64,000 nt of DNA from a virus (taxonomy: Duplodnaviria; Caudoviricetes). Position numbers and translations under genes: made by a program. This document shows, piece by piece, positions 48,003-58,956 of the stretch. The first letter of the stretch is position 1. The number at the start of each line of letters is the position of its first letter. The notes under the pieces were generated by a model that saw nothing but the letters and a program-made list of their open reading frames with translations, was not told the origin of the DNA and did no database searches. The stretch lies in IMG/VR virus record IMGVR_UViG_3300032007_001727; one strand, given 5' to 3'.

Positions 48003-51000
48003 TAAAAAAATATCTTTGGAACCAATGACTTCTAGGCTACCTAGTGTGTGGCCTAGTTTGCTTGATAACGGTGATTTGATTTATTTCGATGAAAAATCAC
48101 TCGGTGATAGGGGAATGGAATACACTAGCAATTGGGGCCTCACTCCAATCAATATTGTATTGGAAGAGTTTCAGCCGGGAAAGACATCAAGTGAATATAA
48201 AGTCATAAGCGGTTCTTGTGAGGATAGTTTTATTCTCTCGTTTGAAAATCTTAGCAAATGGTATTATTTCTTTACGGAATACTATAACTTGCTTAAGAAG
48301 TATGGACATTGTAATATGACCTACACTAGTGCCGAAGATTATTATAATCACGAATCCATAGACAAATATGCTAGTGAAATGGTGTATGGCTCCGACAGAG
48401 AGACATACATTGAATTGGATAGGAAGTTCACTAGTATGGGTGGAATTGTGTTGGTCACTGAGACGGGTGAAGTCGTTGACAACGGTTTCTTTAAGTGGAT
48501 TTGCGACAATGTCGTACCTAGTTTTCAAATTCCCATAACCTTAAGGAATTATTGGAAGAGAGACACCCTATTCTATCCGGACGTAATAGGTTGGTTGGAG
48601 TGGTTTAACAAACGAAACCAATTATATGATGGTATGGAAGAATATCAGTGTAAGACTACGGAAAATGTTGACTGCTGCGATTGCGTAGAATATTTCAGTC
48701 GCGGCGGCAATGATATGTTTACGTTGATGCAGGATTGGTATGGTGAGGTTGAAGGTAGAATTTCAAGCAATAAGGATTCAATAGAATCCTCATTAAGTGA
48801 TGGTGGTGAATCTTGTTGGTATCCGCATATTATATTGCCGACTGAAATATTGGCCGTAACGGATAATGTAGGTGAAAGGAGCATCTTGTCAGACGATTAT
48901 AAGTGTGGTGAAGAATATCATACAATCCCAACGGAAGAAGGAAATAAGAGGACGCAAATATACTATGAAAGTGGTAATACACATGACGGAACGGTAGCCA
49001 CGATAGGTTCTATCCCAATGATATTAAGCGGCGATGGTCTTAGTTTCGAATTTGATGATAAATTTATGGAAAAATATATATCCACATGTAATACATGCGG
49101 ATATAAGGGTGTCTTCTCTGAAAGGTGTCCAATATGTAATAGTTCAAATATAGAAATTAAAAAGTGGATTCCTTATACGGAACATTACTTACATGATAAT
49201 GCTAATGAATTCATTACCAACATCACCCTATACACGTTTGATGAAAATAATGTAAAGGTTGTCGGTACCGGTTTGATAGACAACGCGCTCCAAGAAATAA
49301 AGGATAAACTGACAAAGGTTTATGAAATACAGAAATCTGAGAATGGTTGGATTTTCATTAACGGTTCACTTTATCCGGTAGGAAAGACCGAATACGGTAT
49401 ATATGATGAAAATAACCAATACCTAGGAGGAAGGGAGTATCCGGTGTTTAGGGATAGTGCTACAAACACACCCTATACAAGCATTAACGGAAAAAAGATA
49501 TATGCCGAATTATATGTCCCGAAGAATGTGTTCTACTTCCCGTTTTTCAAGGTGCCCGGATACACACCGGCTGAGTCACTTGATTTTGACATTAATGAAT
49601 ATAAGCAGTTCAGCAGAGTTGATAACGGTCAAGGCGAAAGGAAACATTACATAGAGTATATGGGTGATATATTCATGTTTGACGAGTCATTGGTAATCAG
49701 TGGTGTTAACCCCATTAAGGTTGTGGGTCATTCTGTCACCGATGATGGCATTGACTTGTATATAGTGGATGCATTTTCTGATGAAAACATCAAGTCATAT
49801 GATGAGTATAACAATGAATTGGTTGACTATGAGAAGAGCGGGTATAATAAACCTAGTATTGACGAGTATAATACCGTAATTAAAATTGTTCCCATCATAA
49901 ATGATTCCGGTTCAATATTTGAAATCTACAATGCAAGGGAATTGGTCGGGACAACATCCTCAAAATTAATTGGGTTGAGGTCTTTTAACACACTCGTTGA
50001 TGATATAGGAAATGAAATAGACGGAATAAATAACTCCGCAACAATCAACGGCATTGGCCTCAGACCAAAAGAGGGTGCTGTGTTGGAACCGATTTATCAA
50101 GTCGGAAATACCGCAAACGTGAGACCTTATGCCTATACATTAAGGGATGACCAAATAAGTGGTGGTACTAAAGAAAACTATTATGTTGGTGATATTATTA
50201 CGGATATGACCTTCTATTATCTGAAGACAAACGGTGAAGTCGCAGAAGATACGATAGTGAAAGTCACTATTGATAATGAAGATGGCCCCAATAAGGGTCG
50301 CAAGAAGATTAAAATAAAGAATGACGAGTTTTTAGTTAGCGGAAACACTTCACTGTCTGCAATAACAGTGTCCACTACAAAAAAAGAAGAGATTAAATTG
50401 AATAAGGTTTATACGGAAGATGATATATTGTGTGACGTAACATATCATATCGGGGCAACCTTAGTGAGTGGAAGCAGTGGGTACGAGAGGTCACAATTCA
50501 TGTTGTCCAATGAAAGTAATGACGTTGAATATATTGAGACGGTTAGGTTTGTCCTAGAGCCAAGGGAGTTTTATTTGGGATGGGAAAATGACCCCAAATA
50601 TATTATTCCGGTAAATAGGCAGAATCCGTGTAACCATTCATTGAGTTACACAATCTATGTCTATAGGATGGTTCAAGACATAACAGAAAGGAGTTTTACC
50701 GAATGTGGTGATGAGGTTGAGGTTTCGATTGCAAATTTTCAAACCAAAATAAATTTGTTATTGGATAGTAGCGGAAATGATGTCTATGGTGAATTAATGG
50801 ATATGGCAAGACATAATAATGTGGAAATTTTTCCGACATTCGGTGAGGAATACAGACTCGGAATTTCAGTTAAAGAAAATGTAGATTCTGATATTTATAT
50901 AGACAGAGGAATTAATTCGGCTTATGAAAAGCACCTTAAACTAGGTGAAGTAACATCACTAGAGGCTTTAGAAAACTACGGAATTAATTTTTTTGAAATG

Positions 51001-51012
51001 ATGAATACCTAA
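47989..51012 (+). CDS. 1007-aa putative structural protein
   Basis: Long overlapping ORF; C-terminal DIYIDRG.NSAYEKHLKLGEV..LENYG..FF. Confidence 0.65.
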   Translation: MREISKKISLEPMTSRLPSVWPSLLDNGDLIYFDEKSLGDRGMEYTSNWGLTPINIVLEEFQPGKTSSEYKVISGSCEDSFILSFENLSKWYYFFTEYYNLLKKYGHCNMTYTSAEDYYNHESIDKYASEMVYGSDRETYIELDRKFTSMGGIVLVTETGEVVDNGFFKWICDNVVPSFQIPITLRNYWKRDTLFYPDVIGWLEWFNKRNQLYDGMEEYQCKTTENVDCCDCVEYFSRGGNDMFTLMQDWYGEVEGRISSNKDSIESSLSDGGESCWYPHIILPTEILAVTDNVGERSILSDDYKCGEEYHTIPTEEGNKRTQIYYESGNTHDGTVATIGSIPMILSGDGLSFEFDDKFMEKYISTCNTCGYKGVFSERCPICNSSNIEIKKWIPYTEHYLHDNANEFITNITLYTFDENNVKVVGTGLIDNALQEIKDKLTKVYEIQKSENGWIFINGSLYPVGKTEYGIYDENNQYLGGREYPVFRDSATNTPYTSINGKKIYAELYVPKNVFYFPFFKVPGYTPAESLDFDINEYKQFSRVDNGQGERKHYIEYMGDIFMFDESLVISGVNPIKVVGHSVTDDGIDLYIVDAFSDENIKSYDEYNNELVDYEKSGYNKPSIDEYNTVIKIVPIINDSGSIFEIYNARELVGTTSSKLIGLRSFNTLVDDIGNEIDGINNSATINGIGLRPKEGAVLEPIYQVGNTANVRPYAYTLRDDQISGGTKENYYVGDIITDMTFYYLKTNGEVAEDTIVKVTIDNEDGPNKGRKKIKIKNDEFLVSGNTSLSAITVSTTKKEEIKLNKVYTEDDILCDVTYHIGATLVSGSSGYERSQFMLSNESNDVEYIETVRFVLEPREFYLGWENDPKYIIPVNRQNPCNHSLSYTIYVYRMVQDITERSFTECGDEVEVSIANFQTKINLLLDSSGNDVYGELMDMARHNNVEIFPTFGEEYRLGISVKENVDSDIYIDRGINSAYEKHLKLGEVTSLEALENYGINFFEMMNT

Positions 51013-51035
51013 AAAAGTTAAAATTTAAATTTAAG

Positions 51036-51968
51036 ATGAGTGTAGGCGCATACGGTACCGTAATACCAATTTCAATAAGGAATAATGATATTAGTAACTT
51101 GGTTGACATTTCATTTGTCTACCACGAGACTAGGAGTTTTGATTCATTGACAAATGCAAAGTTTGAACATCTTGACTCTAGCGTGTTGACCCAAGCGAGA
51201 AGGTCAATGGATAATGGGCAAGGTGAGCAAGATGCAGATGACATTATAGACGGAATGTACAATTTGCAACTCCCTTTGAGACATTTTAATAAAAAGGGCT
51301 TCTACACCGTCTATATAAAGCCAAAAGAGATTTTGGCAACAATTGCCGATGTCAGTAACCTTACAGCATTTCCGGATGTGAGGGGTATGGTTATTGATAC
51401 CACGCAGATACTTAATGAGAGTATGCGGACAAAGGCTAGGACGAATAATAATTTGGTGGGGTATAGGGTGATATACCTAGATGAGAACGGGAACAGAGAG
51501 GACTATTACAGAATAATAACCTCGAATAACAAGTGTGAGCCGGTAGTATCTGCACCAAATTCTTCTAGCGACAAGACATATACATACAGATATGAAGACA
51601 GTTCTAGTCTGATTTTTGTGACGGTATCACCATCCTCTGCACCTTCATTCAAGAATAACGCCCTGCCTTACATAGGAAAGCCGACGCAGAGGATAATGTT
51701 GGTGAACACATTGTTTGAACCGATACAATTGGACATTGAAATGTGCGACCACGACTTTGACACCTTGAGTTTCATGCTCGAAAACAGCCAACTCAGAGAT
51801 TTGGATAACGGACTTGTTACGACATTCAACAATGAGAATGCAATATATCACCAATCAGAACACTTCACGTTAAAGGATAAATACAGCGGAAGACCGGTAT
51901 ATGAGGTCAAGCAGAATAAGAAGACCAATATTGACTATAGTCAAACCATATCAGACAAAATAAGTTAA
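51036..51968 (+). CDS. putative structural protein
   Basis: 310-aa ORF in the structural operon (GMYNLQLP..F.KKG.YT.YIKP). Confidence 0.65.
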   Translation: MSVGAYGTVIPISIRNNDISNLVDISFVYHETRSFDSLTNAKFEHLDSSVLTQARRSMDNGQGEQDADDIIDGMYNLQLPLRHFNKKGFYTVYIKPKEILATIADVSNLTAFPDVRGMVIDTTQILNESMRTKARTNNNLVGYRVIYLDENGNREDYYRIITSNNKCEPVVSAPNSSSDKTYTYRYEDSSSLIFVTVSPSSAPSFKNNALPYIGKPTQRIMLVNTLFEPIQLDIEMCDHDFDTLSFMLENSQLRDLDNGLVTTFNNENAIYHQSEHFTLKDKYSGRPVYEVKQNKKTNIDYSQTISDKIS

Positions 51969-51987
51969 GTGAAATCGTAAAATACAT

Positions 51988-54900
51988 ATGTCAGAGTACA
52001 TAAAATCACATTCAAACTACGTGCTTAGGAAAAACCATCAAACAATCAGCGATGGTACGATTTGGGAGCGTGACATCACCACTATTGGTGGTGTCAACCA
52101 ATTTTCTCCGGGTCAAATTCCAATATACAAAAGCAACAATTTCATCATAACCGTAAGAAATGACGGCCGAATTGCCAACCAATACAACACAACGAATTGG
52201 AAAAGCAATGAGAACGGTGAGATTTGGACATTGGAATCCATCAGCGGAATGACCGATAATTCGGATGGTCAGAATGATATTAAAATCGTATTGAAGCAAG
52301 ACTATTACGATTTTATGGACTTCGTATATTACGGTTCTCTCGTTGAAATGTTTAGGTCATCCATAAACAGCATAATATTAAGGTTTCCGGGTGAGTTATA
52401 TGGCACTGATAAACAAGCATATTATACAGACTACAATAATGATAGGAGACAACTTGGTGACGGATATTACGTTTCAAACCCATTCAATGTAAACTTACAC
52501 AGTATTAAGAAGCCGCTTGATGCCAATCCGTTGAGGTATTTCGCCGACGGGGGATATGCCAATTATGAAATCATTGATGACGAAAGTGACACTCCGATTA
52601 AAATAGAAAAGTGGGAAGTGGTGGAATACCATTACTTTGAACGAAAGGATAGTAAGAATTTTATTAACTATACCGTTACACCTAATGGTACAACTAGTGT
52701 TGTTGAATCTACTCCTCATCCTTGCAAGGGTGAATTGGTTGCTGAAATAAGGATTAACGACAATATACCAATATCAGCATATATCGGCGACAATGATGAA
52801 ATCATCTACACTTCAATTGATATGGCCGGAAAGCATATTCGTCCGTTGAATGACTTTATACTCAATTTCTATGACGAGTGTGATAACTTTGAAAAAATTT
52901 TGTTAAATCCTAAAACAACGCCTAAATACAAGTCAACCTTCTCGGTTATAAATGAGAATGAGTACGGATATTATAGGAAAATGGAGGAGTTCATAGTACC
53001 AACCTCATTTGGTGATTATAATATAGACGTTACCTCCGATGCATTCAATGCATTGACCGAAAGACTCGGTGAGATTGGCGCATATTACGATGAACTTTTT
53101 ACCGATAATCTCTATAGGTCAATGACTCACGAGGCAATCAAGAACTTCGATTGGACATATACCCGTGAATTCAATAACGGTGACGAGGAGGAATATGTCT
53201 ATGGTGGGGAAAAGATTCAAAAGGCTTTGAGGGTGTTTGCAAGAGAATTTGATGAAATCATATCATACATAGACAATATCAGATACTCCAACAGAATAAC
53301 ATATGACGGAAGGAATAATATTCCGGACTATTTCTTGACGGACGAGGTCGATAAAAGGGGTTGGGACGTTAGAATGGTCTATCCTTATGATTTGACCGAA
53401 TATACATTCGGTGAACACGGTGAGAAGAACCCATATGAAGACGGGTACGATAGTCCGAATATTCAATTGAGCGGGGTCACAAGTGACGGAAAACCCTTTA
53501 TTAGGGAATTCACCCAAGATTCAACAAAGGTTGTTGTCCCATATTCAAATGAAATGCTCGGTGAATATAAGAACGGATATTTTATCACTTGCTGTAGTGA
53601 TTATAGCAAAGATGATGAGTTTTGCTACTATGGCACCAAATCTCCGTATTTTATCAAGAAATCCGAAGGGGAGACAACGTTTTTGGATACTTGTGGCGAC
53701 AAGTCTCCGATATTAAAGAACAGAATAAAGGCTTATTCTGATGAAAAACCATACACATATACGGATGTCAATAATGAATTTATGAGGAGATTGGTGATTA
53801 ATTCCCCGTTCATAGCAAGACATAAGGGTACTGAGGAGGGAATTGAAATGATGCTCTCCATGTTCGGCCTTAAAAGCAAGAAATGGGTTGATTCCATGCC
53901 GTCATACATCTGTGATAACAAGAAACTAGATTATGACTATGAGATTGTTGAATACACCTCATTCACAAACAGAATCGAGGAACCTTGGGACGTGGTTCAT
54001 CAAATGTACAGAATAGATTGGATTAATTCCACAAAATCAATCGTGTATGACAATAGGTCAATATCGAATTACACTAGGAATGGTACATTGGATAACGGGA
54101 CACCTTATGAGGGATTGCCGGTATCATACCGATATGAATATAATAACACCGAAGGAAAATACATTCATAAAGAAAGCGAGCAGAAGTATGAAGATTGCGG
54201 AGTGAGTGCCACGACAGATGAAAATAATGCGTTCAAGATAATGGAGACAAATGAACCCGTATTGAGGCGTTACCTCTATCCAAGGTTCAATAAGTATGAA
54301 CAATTGGACGGGAATCCTTATTTCCAAATGGATGGCGGATGGTTATCCAAGACAATTGAATACGGTATTGAGAAATATAACTTTGCATTTGATGTTGAGG
54401 ATAATATAGCATACTCTGAATATGTCCCTAGCGGAAGTACGAGTGAGGATGAGGTAATCGACAATCACCCGATATTCAAGGAGACAATAAGAAACATACG
54501 AAGGGTTGACTCCATATCCAAACTCTTGGACATCCCGTCAAGTGAACTCAAGGCGAACTCAGTGGTCTATGTGACCAACATCGAGAAGAACGTTGCAGTA
54601 ATCAACGGTTCAGTATATCCCATAAACTTGGAATATGCCGTTGAAGGAACCCTTGGAAGATACATTCTGTTTACAAAGACATCGGAATACATATTGGTCG
54701 GCGATGACAGATTCTTCGATGACACAATCTGTGTCTATAATAAGTACGGACAAGAGAGCATATACAATCTTTCAGATAAGAGTGAGGGTTATGAAGTGAA
54801 GGCATATATTACCGATGGTGATGAATTCATCTGTGCCGCCGGTGCTAGCGGCACCCCGGGTGCTTCTTATACAATCGACTCGTTTGAGATATTGGACAAG

Positions 54901-55746
54901 GTATTAAGCGCTGATGACATAACCAATTATTTCATATTGGATGACCCGTATTATTCGGATAAGATATGCACAGAGGATTCACACAACGGGTGGAGACCGC
55001 TAAGGAAGAGTGACCCGGAATATATTAGGATTAACACAATAACAAACTATTACTACGGGAACAATCCGCATAACGGTAACATGAGTTATGATAACGGCCA
55101 TGAATACTTTACATATTTCAAGAGACTGTTCAAGTATGCAATGGATGAGTATATGTTTGATGAAAGGTGCTATGACAATATAGACAATGACTATGATGAA
55201 TTCGGTAAAATTGGATTTAAAAACTTAATTGACGATAACGAATATGTCAAACAGTACGATAACTTATTGGTAAAGGACAGAAAAATACACTATTTCGGTT
55301 CTTATTACCCCAATAATCCTAATGAACAGCCAACTTCATGCAATACAGTCTGCTTCTATGGAGAAGATGAGGATAAGGTGGACAAGTTAGAAAAAATGTA
55401 TAGGGCTTCACTGAATGATGATGAGTTCACGGTTGAAAATTACATCCTCACAAACGAAGAAGGTAAAATGTTAGGCCCGGAGAATCCGTATTCGCAATTC
55501 CTAACCGGTATGACTTGTGAAAACGGAAGGATAATACCAACCGACGAGGTCACGGACCAAATAGTCAACAACAAGAGGATGACCATAAGGTTTAGACTCC
55601 ATAACAAATGGTGTAGCAACAAGGGGCAGTGTGAACTGAAATACATTGACGATATTGTTATGAATTATCTCACGCAGATGATTCCGTCCACAACCATCGT
55701 AAATATTGAATATGTAGAGAGAAAGGAGGATTCAAGCCATGATTAA
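51988..55746 (+). CDS. 1252-aa baseplate/tail protein (P2 gpI/T4 gp7-like motif)
   Basis: FAREFDEI..YID..IPD.FL...GW and RHKGTEEGIEMMLSMFG motifs. Confidence 0.65.
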   Translation: MSEYIKSHSNYVLRKNHQTISDGTIWERDITTIGGVNQFSPGQIPIYKSNNFIITVRNDGRIANQYNTTNWKSNENGEIWTLESISGMTDNSDGQNDIKIVLKQDYYDFMDFVYYGSLVEMFRSSINSIILRFPGELYGTDKQAYYTDYNNDRRQLGDGYYVSNPFNVNLHSIKKPLDANPLRYFADGGYANYEIIDDESDTPIKIEKWEVVEYHYFERKDSKNFINYTVTPNGTTSVVESTPHPCKGELVAEIRINDNIPISAYIGDNDEIIYTSIDMAGKHIRPLNDFILNFYDECDNFEKILLNPKTTPKYKSTFSVINENEYGYYRKMEEFIVPTSFGDYNIDVTSDAFNALTERLGEIGAYYDELFTDNLYRSMTHEAIKNFDWTYTREFNNGDEEEYVYGGEKIQKALRVFAREFDEIISYIDNIRYSNRITYDGRNNIPDYFLTDEVDKRGWDVRMVYPYDLTEYTFGEHGEKNPYEDGYDSPNIQLSGVTSDGKPFIREFTQDSTKVVVPYSNEMLGEYKNGYFITCCSDYSKDDEFCYYGTKSPYFIKKSEGETTFLDTCGDKSPILKNRIKAYSDEKPYTYTDVNNEFMRRLVINSPFIARHKGTEEGIEMMLSMFGLKSKKWVDSMPSYICDNKKLDYDYEIVEYTSFTNRIEEPWDVVHQMYRIDWINSTKSIVYDNRSISNYTRNGTLDNGTPYEGLPVSYRYEYNNTEGKYIHKESEQKYEDCGVSATTDENNAFKIMETNEPVLRRYLYPRFNKYEQLDGNPYFQMDGGWLSKTIEYGIEKYNFAFDVEDNIAYSEYVPSGSTSEDEVIDNHPIFKETIRNIRRVDSISKLLDIPSSELKANSVVYVTNIEKNVAVINGSVYPINLEYAVEGTLGRYILFTKTSEYILVGDDRFFDDTICVYNKYGQESIYNLSDKSEGYEVKAYITDGDEFICAAGASGTPGASYTIDSFEILDKVLSADDITNYFILDDPYYSDKICTEDSHNGWRPLRKSDPEYIRINTITNYYYGNNPHNGNMSYDNGHEYFTYFKRLFKYAMDEYMFDERCYDNIDNDYDEFGKIGFKNLIDDNEYVKQYDNLLVKDRKIHYFGSYYPNNPNEQPTSCNTVCFYGEDEDKVDKLEKMYRASLNDDEFTVENYILTNEEGKMLGPENPYSQFLTGMTCENGRIIPTDEVTDQIVNNKRMTIRFRLHNKWCSNKGQCELKYIDDIVMNYLTQMIPSTTIVNIEYVERKEDSSHD

Positions 55747-56323
55747 CATAGAAGGGACTGAAGGTGCATATACCATTGATTTCAATGAGAGTGAATCAAA
55801 CTCAAGACTGCTGAAGATTAATTCAATAATAGGGAAAATGACGATTCCTTGGAGTGTTTCCTATAACCCTTTCCCCAAGAATGTGGTTAGGATTACCAAG
55901 ATGCCGGATTATTCCATGAAGATAGAGGCTGACTTATCATTATTGAAGAAGGAGAATTTCTTCATCGTGACAAATCCTAGAAGGGAAGAGATTAAGGTTT
56001 TCTTGAAGCCAAACCTAGAATTGTCTAGGGAGAGAATATACATCTTTAAACTAGGAAAGTCAACCACTAGCGGAAATTCTGCAACGATAAACGTTATTTC
56101 AAAGGAAAACGGCAAACTAGAACCTTGGCACGTTGAATATGACGGAAGACCACTGAAATATGATATTCAGACAAAACAGAACAAGATAACGGTAACACTC
56201 CTTGAAGACTTGCTCTCTAGTTTCACTTCCACAATAGTATTGGAACAAGACAACAGCGGAAAGCAGATAGAATTCAGACTAAAGCATGAGGATTCAGACT
56301 CAGTAGAGGTAATAGAAGGTTAG
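55739..56323 (+). CDS. hypothetical protein
   Basis: 194-aa last ORF of the operon. Confidence 0.65.
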   Translation: MINIEGTEGAYTIDFNESESNSRLLKINSIIGKMTIPWSVSYNPFPKNVVRITKMPDYSMKIEADLSLLKKENFFIVTNPRREEIKVFLKPNLELSRERIYIFKLGKSTTSGNSATINVISKENGKLEPWHVEYDGRPLKYDIQTKQNKITVTLLEDLLSSFTSTIVLEQDNSGKQIEFRLKHEDSDSVEVIEG

Positions 56324-56328
56324 TTAGC

Positions 56329-57147
56329 CTATGCGTTAACTAACCTTTCCTCGTCTTTATCAAGGTCTTCGATTGCGTCAATCTCAATATCATATAACCC
56401 GTATTCCGTCTCCAAGTCAATGAACGTGTGGTCCATACTCCCAACGTCCCATATGACAAACCCGTGCTCAGATACGGTTTCACCGAATGTCTGTTGTATC
56501 AGTGACCCGCAATACACAATCTCCGTATTACCCCTTTTCAGCACTTGCCTCTTATGCACGTGAGCAGCCATAACGGCATCACACCCCTCAAACTTGTCAA
56601 TACCCAATCCGCCGTCATTAACTGTCCCGTTTGGCATTACACATCCGACAACCATACCGTGATACAGTCCTATTATCTTATTCTCTCCACCCATTTCCGA
56701 CTCAATATCCGGCCTAGCATACCCGTCATATATGGAATATACTGCCCAAGTTACCCCGTCATCGACAACACATCCGCTCTTATATTCCAACACTTCATCC
56801 AAGAATGTTGAATTCTCGAAATTGGCAGTGTTAAACAACGCGGTTATTGCGTCAGTCCTGCTAGTATTTGACTCAATTAGGTCATGGTTCCCGGCAATCA
56901 CAATAACCCTTCCCACCTCTTCAAGCCTCCTTATAAAGAAACTAGTCAAGGTAATGAACTCCGGAGTTATCTGATTCTTACTATGCCCTAAATCACCACA
57001 GATTACCACTCTAACTTCATCGTTTTCAAATGGTTCTGCTATCTCTTTGCATTTTTCAACGAAACGTTCCAACTGTTCGGTATATTCATCCAACCGCCTA
57101 AAGAGCCGGATGTGGATGTCACCGCAGTGTATGATTAATCTTACCAT
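56329..57147 (-). CDS. calcineurin-like metallophosphoesterase (SbcD/Mre11/gp47-like nuclease)
   Basis: HCGDIH, ICGDL, AGNHD, YHG, AHVHKRQ, YCGSLIQQTFGE. TATATTTG promoter on the minus strand at 57165-57172. Confidence 0.85.
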   Translation of the reverse strand: MVRLIIHCGDIHIRLFRRLDEYTEQLERFVEKCKEIAEPFENDEVRVVICGDLGHSKNQITPEFITLTSFFIRRLEEVGRVIVIAGNHDLIESNTSRTDAITALFNTANFENSTFLDEVLEYKSGCVVDDGVTWAVYSIYDGYARPDIESEMGGENKIIGLYHGMVVGCVMPNGTVNDGGLGIDKFEGCDAVMAAHVHKRQVLKRGNTEIVYCGSLIQQTFGETVSEHGFVIWDVGSMDHTFIDLETEYGLYDIEIDAIEDLDKDEERLVNA

Positions 57148-57291
57148 AAAATATTAATTTTTTGCAAATATATAAATATTTTTTCAATTTAACAAATATT
57201 TAGGCAATAACATAGAAGTCGACCCAAATTATTTTTTTGTTCATTATGATATTTATTGTAAAAATAACTTGATAAATACATAAAAAACGAT

Positions 57292-57513
57292 ATGAAAAGA
57301 AGAATTAGATTGACAGAGTCAGACCTTCACAGAATCGTGAAAGAATCTGTTAATAGAGTGTTGATGGAAGTTAGTGCTTTTCCGAACAAAGAAGAAAAGG
57401 AATTGTACCAAAAATTCGCAAATGGTGAGATTACCTACGCTCAATTACGGAAAGCATTGGTAAAAGCAGGATGTGAGGACGTAGGAAATTGGGATTTTCA
57501 ATGGGGAGATTAA
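57292..57513 (+). CDS. small protein with IRLTESDLHRIVKESV leader
   Basis: Leader shared with 18757 and 59240; TATTTAT motif upstream. Confidence 0.75.
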   Translation: MKRRIRLTESDLHRIVKESVNRVLMEVSAFPNKEEKELYQKFANGEITYAQLRKALVKAGCEDVGNWDFQWGD

Positions 57514-57524
57514 ACATAGTTCCC

Positions 57525-58550
57525 TTAAAACGGCAAATACACTTCATTAAGTTTGGATGCTTGTGACAAATGCCGCGCTATTTCCTTATATCCGCCCATT
57601 TGATATAATGATGACGGGTCATCGTTTGCACCCAACGGAATGTATCTTATTCTATTGTACAGATTTCCGTGGTTCAAGAGTGAATAAATCCTCTTTGCCG
57701 TGTCATAGGCATCGCCGTCAATGAATATATTGATGTTTGCCCTTGCATTGTTCACCAAACTCCAATATAACTTATAGTTTCTGTTCAAAGCCTTTCCCAA
57801 TAGCGGTATTGAGTTCGGTACCACAATATGGTCGAACGGCCCCTCTACCAATGTTATGTCCGCATCCCACTGAACATTTCCCTCATTGAATATAATATCT
57901 TTCTTTTCAACCTTTGGGTTGTCGTATTTCAACCTTCTGTTGAACTTGTCCGACTTTGGGAGGTAGTCCCTCCCAACCCAATAGTTCAATTCGCTTGAGG
58001 CATCGTAGGAAGGTATTATTATTCTGTATGAACCCTTTCTGTTATCGGTGTCTTTTTCGGTATAACCCAACTTGTATTTTTCTATTATATCCCAACCTAT
58101 GCCTCTGTTCTCCAAATATTTCAATGCACCATAATTGTTCCTTCCGTCCTTTTTGAATAACTTGAAACTTGAAGGAAGTCTAAGTGCTTCCCTTTCAATT
58201 ATTGAGGTGTCAAAGTCATTTAGGTCAAGTCTGTACAACTTGCTGTCCTTGATTGAGCGTATTATGTTGAAATATTCTTGCAACAAGTCACCGTTGCCGA
58301 ACAGCCTTATGAGTTTCTTGATTGAGCCGTGCATGGTGTCATCACCCTCTGAACTGCATTTCCAACAGTTATATACACCACCGTTTGAAAACGATACCTC
58401 TAGGTTGTATTTAAATGCTTCTTGTTGACCGTATTTCTCAATACAGTGTGGACAAGGGAACTGATACTGCATTTGCCTTTCGCAATACCCGCTCTTCGAT
58501 TCTCCCAACATAAACTCAAATATGTTATATAATCTTTCAAACTCTTGCAT
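57525..58550 (-). CDS. DNA primase (Zn-binding domain + TOPRIM)
   Basis: CPHC..YNCWKC, YLENRGI, RIIIPSY, LVEGPFD, IFIDGDA, DDPS. Confidence 0.85.
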   Translation of the reverse strand: MQEFERLYNIFEFMLGESKSGYCERQMQYQFPCPHCIEKYGQQEAFKYNLEVSFSNGGVYNCWKCSSEGDDTMHGSIKKLIRLFGNGDLLQEYFNIIRSIKDSKLYRLDLNDFDTSIIEREALRLPSSFKLFKKDGRNNYGALKYLENRGIGWDIIEKYKLGYTEKDTDNRKGSYRIIIPSYDASSELNYWVGRDYLPKSDKFNRRLKYDNPKVEKKDIIFNEGNVQWDADITLVEGPFDHIVVPNSIPLLGKALNRNYKLYWSLVNNARANINIFIDGDAYDTAKRIYSLLNHGNLYNRIRYIPLGANDDPSSLYQMGGYKEIARHLSQASKLNEVYLPF

Positions 58551-58576
58551 AATTGTGTAAAATTATCCTTTGTTTG

Positions 58577-58647
58577 CAAATATATGTTAAATTTTTGAAA
58601 AAAACAAGGTTTTTGCTTAGTTAATTCAATTTTTTTCGGTACTTTTA
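58577..58647. promoter_or_regulatory. Divergent Bacteroidota-type promoters
   Basis: TATATTTG on the minus strand (58577-58584) before the primase; TACTTTTA (58640-58647) in a partial copy of the 80-bp repeat. Confidence 0.6.
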
Positions 58648-58678
58648 CAACGTGAATCAATTAAAATGGTCAAAACAT

Positions 58679-58876
58679 ATGGAGTATGTAAGGTTACAGT
58701 ACCAAGTTAAAAAACTGTCAGACGGAACCGTTGACAGATATGAGGCAAGAGAATTGTTGCATCCGTGTGACTCAAACAAGAGCGACAAGGAAAACATTGA
58801 TGATGCCTTTGACAAAGCATGTGAGGTCGGAGCGGTGCCGTATAAGCAGGTAAGGTGGAAGTTTGTTAACATTTAA
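58679..58876 (+). CDS. hypothetical protein
   Basis: Sits between a promoter and a terminator; ATG at 58679. Confidence 0.6.
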   Translation: MEYVRLQYQVKKLSDGTVDRYEARELLHPCDSNKSDKENIDDAFDKACEVGAVPYKQVRWKFVNI

Positions 58877-58886
58877 AAAAAACAAG

Positions 58887-58915
58887 AAATGCAGTCAGAA
58901 ATGGCTGCATTTTTT
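58887..58915 (+). terminator. Intrinsic terminator (ATGCAGTCA-GAAA-TGGCTGCAT family)
   Basis: Core identical to the copy at 3598. Confidence 0.75.
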
Positions 58916-58956
58916 CACTTTTCGTGATATTTATTTCTATAAAACTTTTTGTTATT

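Noticed and set aside
50890-50900. GATATTTATAT as an internal late promoter for 51036
   Set aside because: It lies in coding sequence (DIYI) about 140 nt upstream, farther than the other instances, and may be chance.
24080-56323. Numerous 60-190-aa antisense ORFs in the track (e.g. 27618..28028, 36618..37202)
   Set aside because: They are shadows of long genes on the opposite strand, with no motifs or expression signals.
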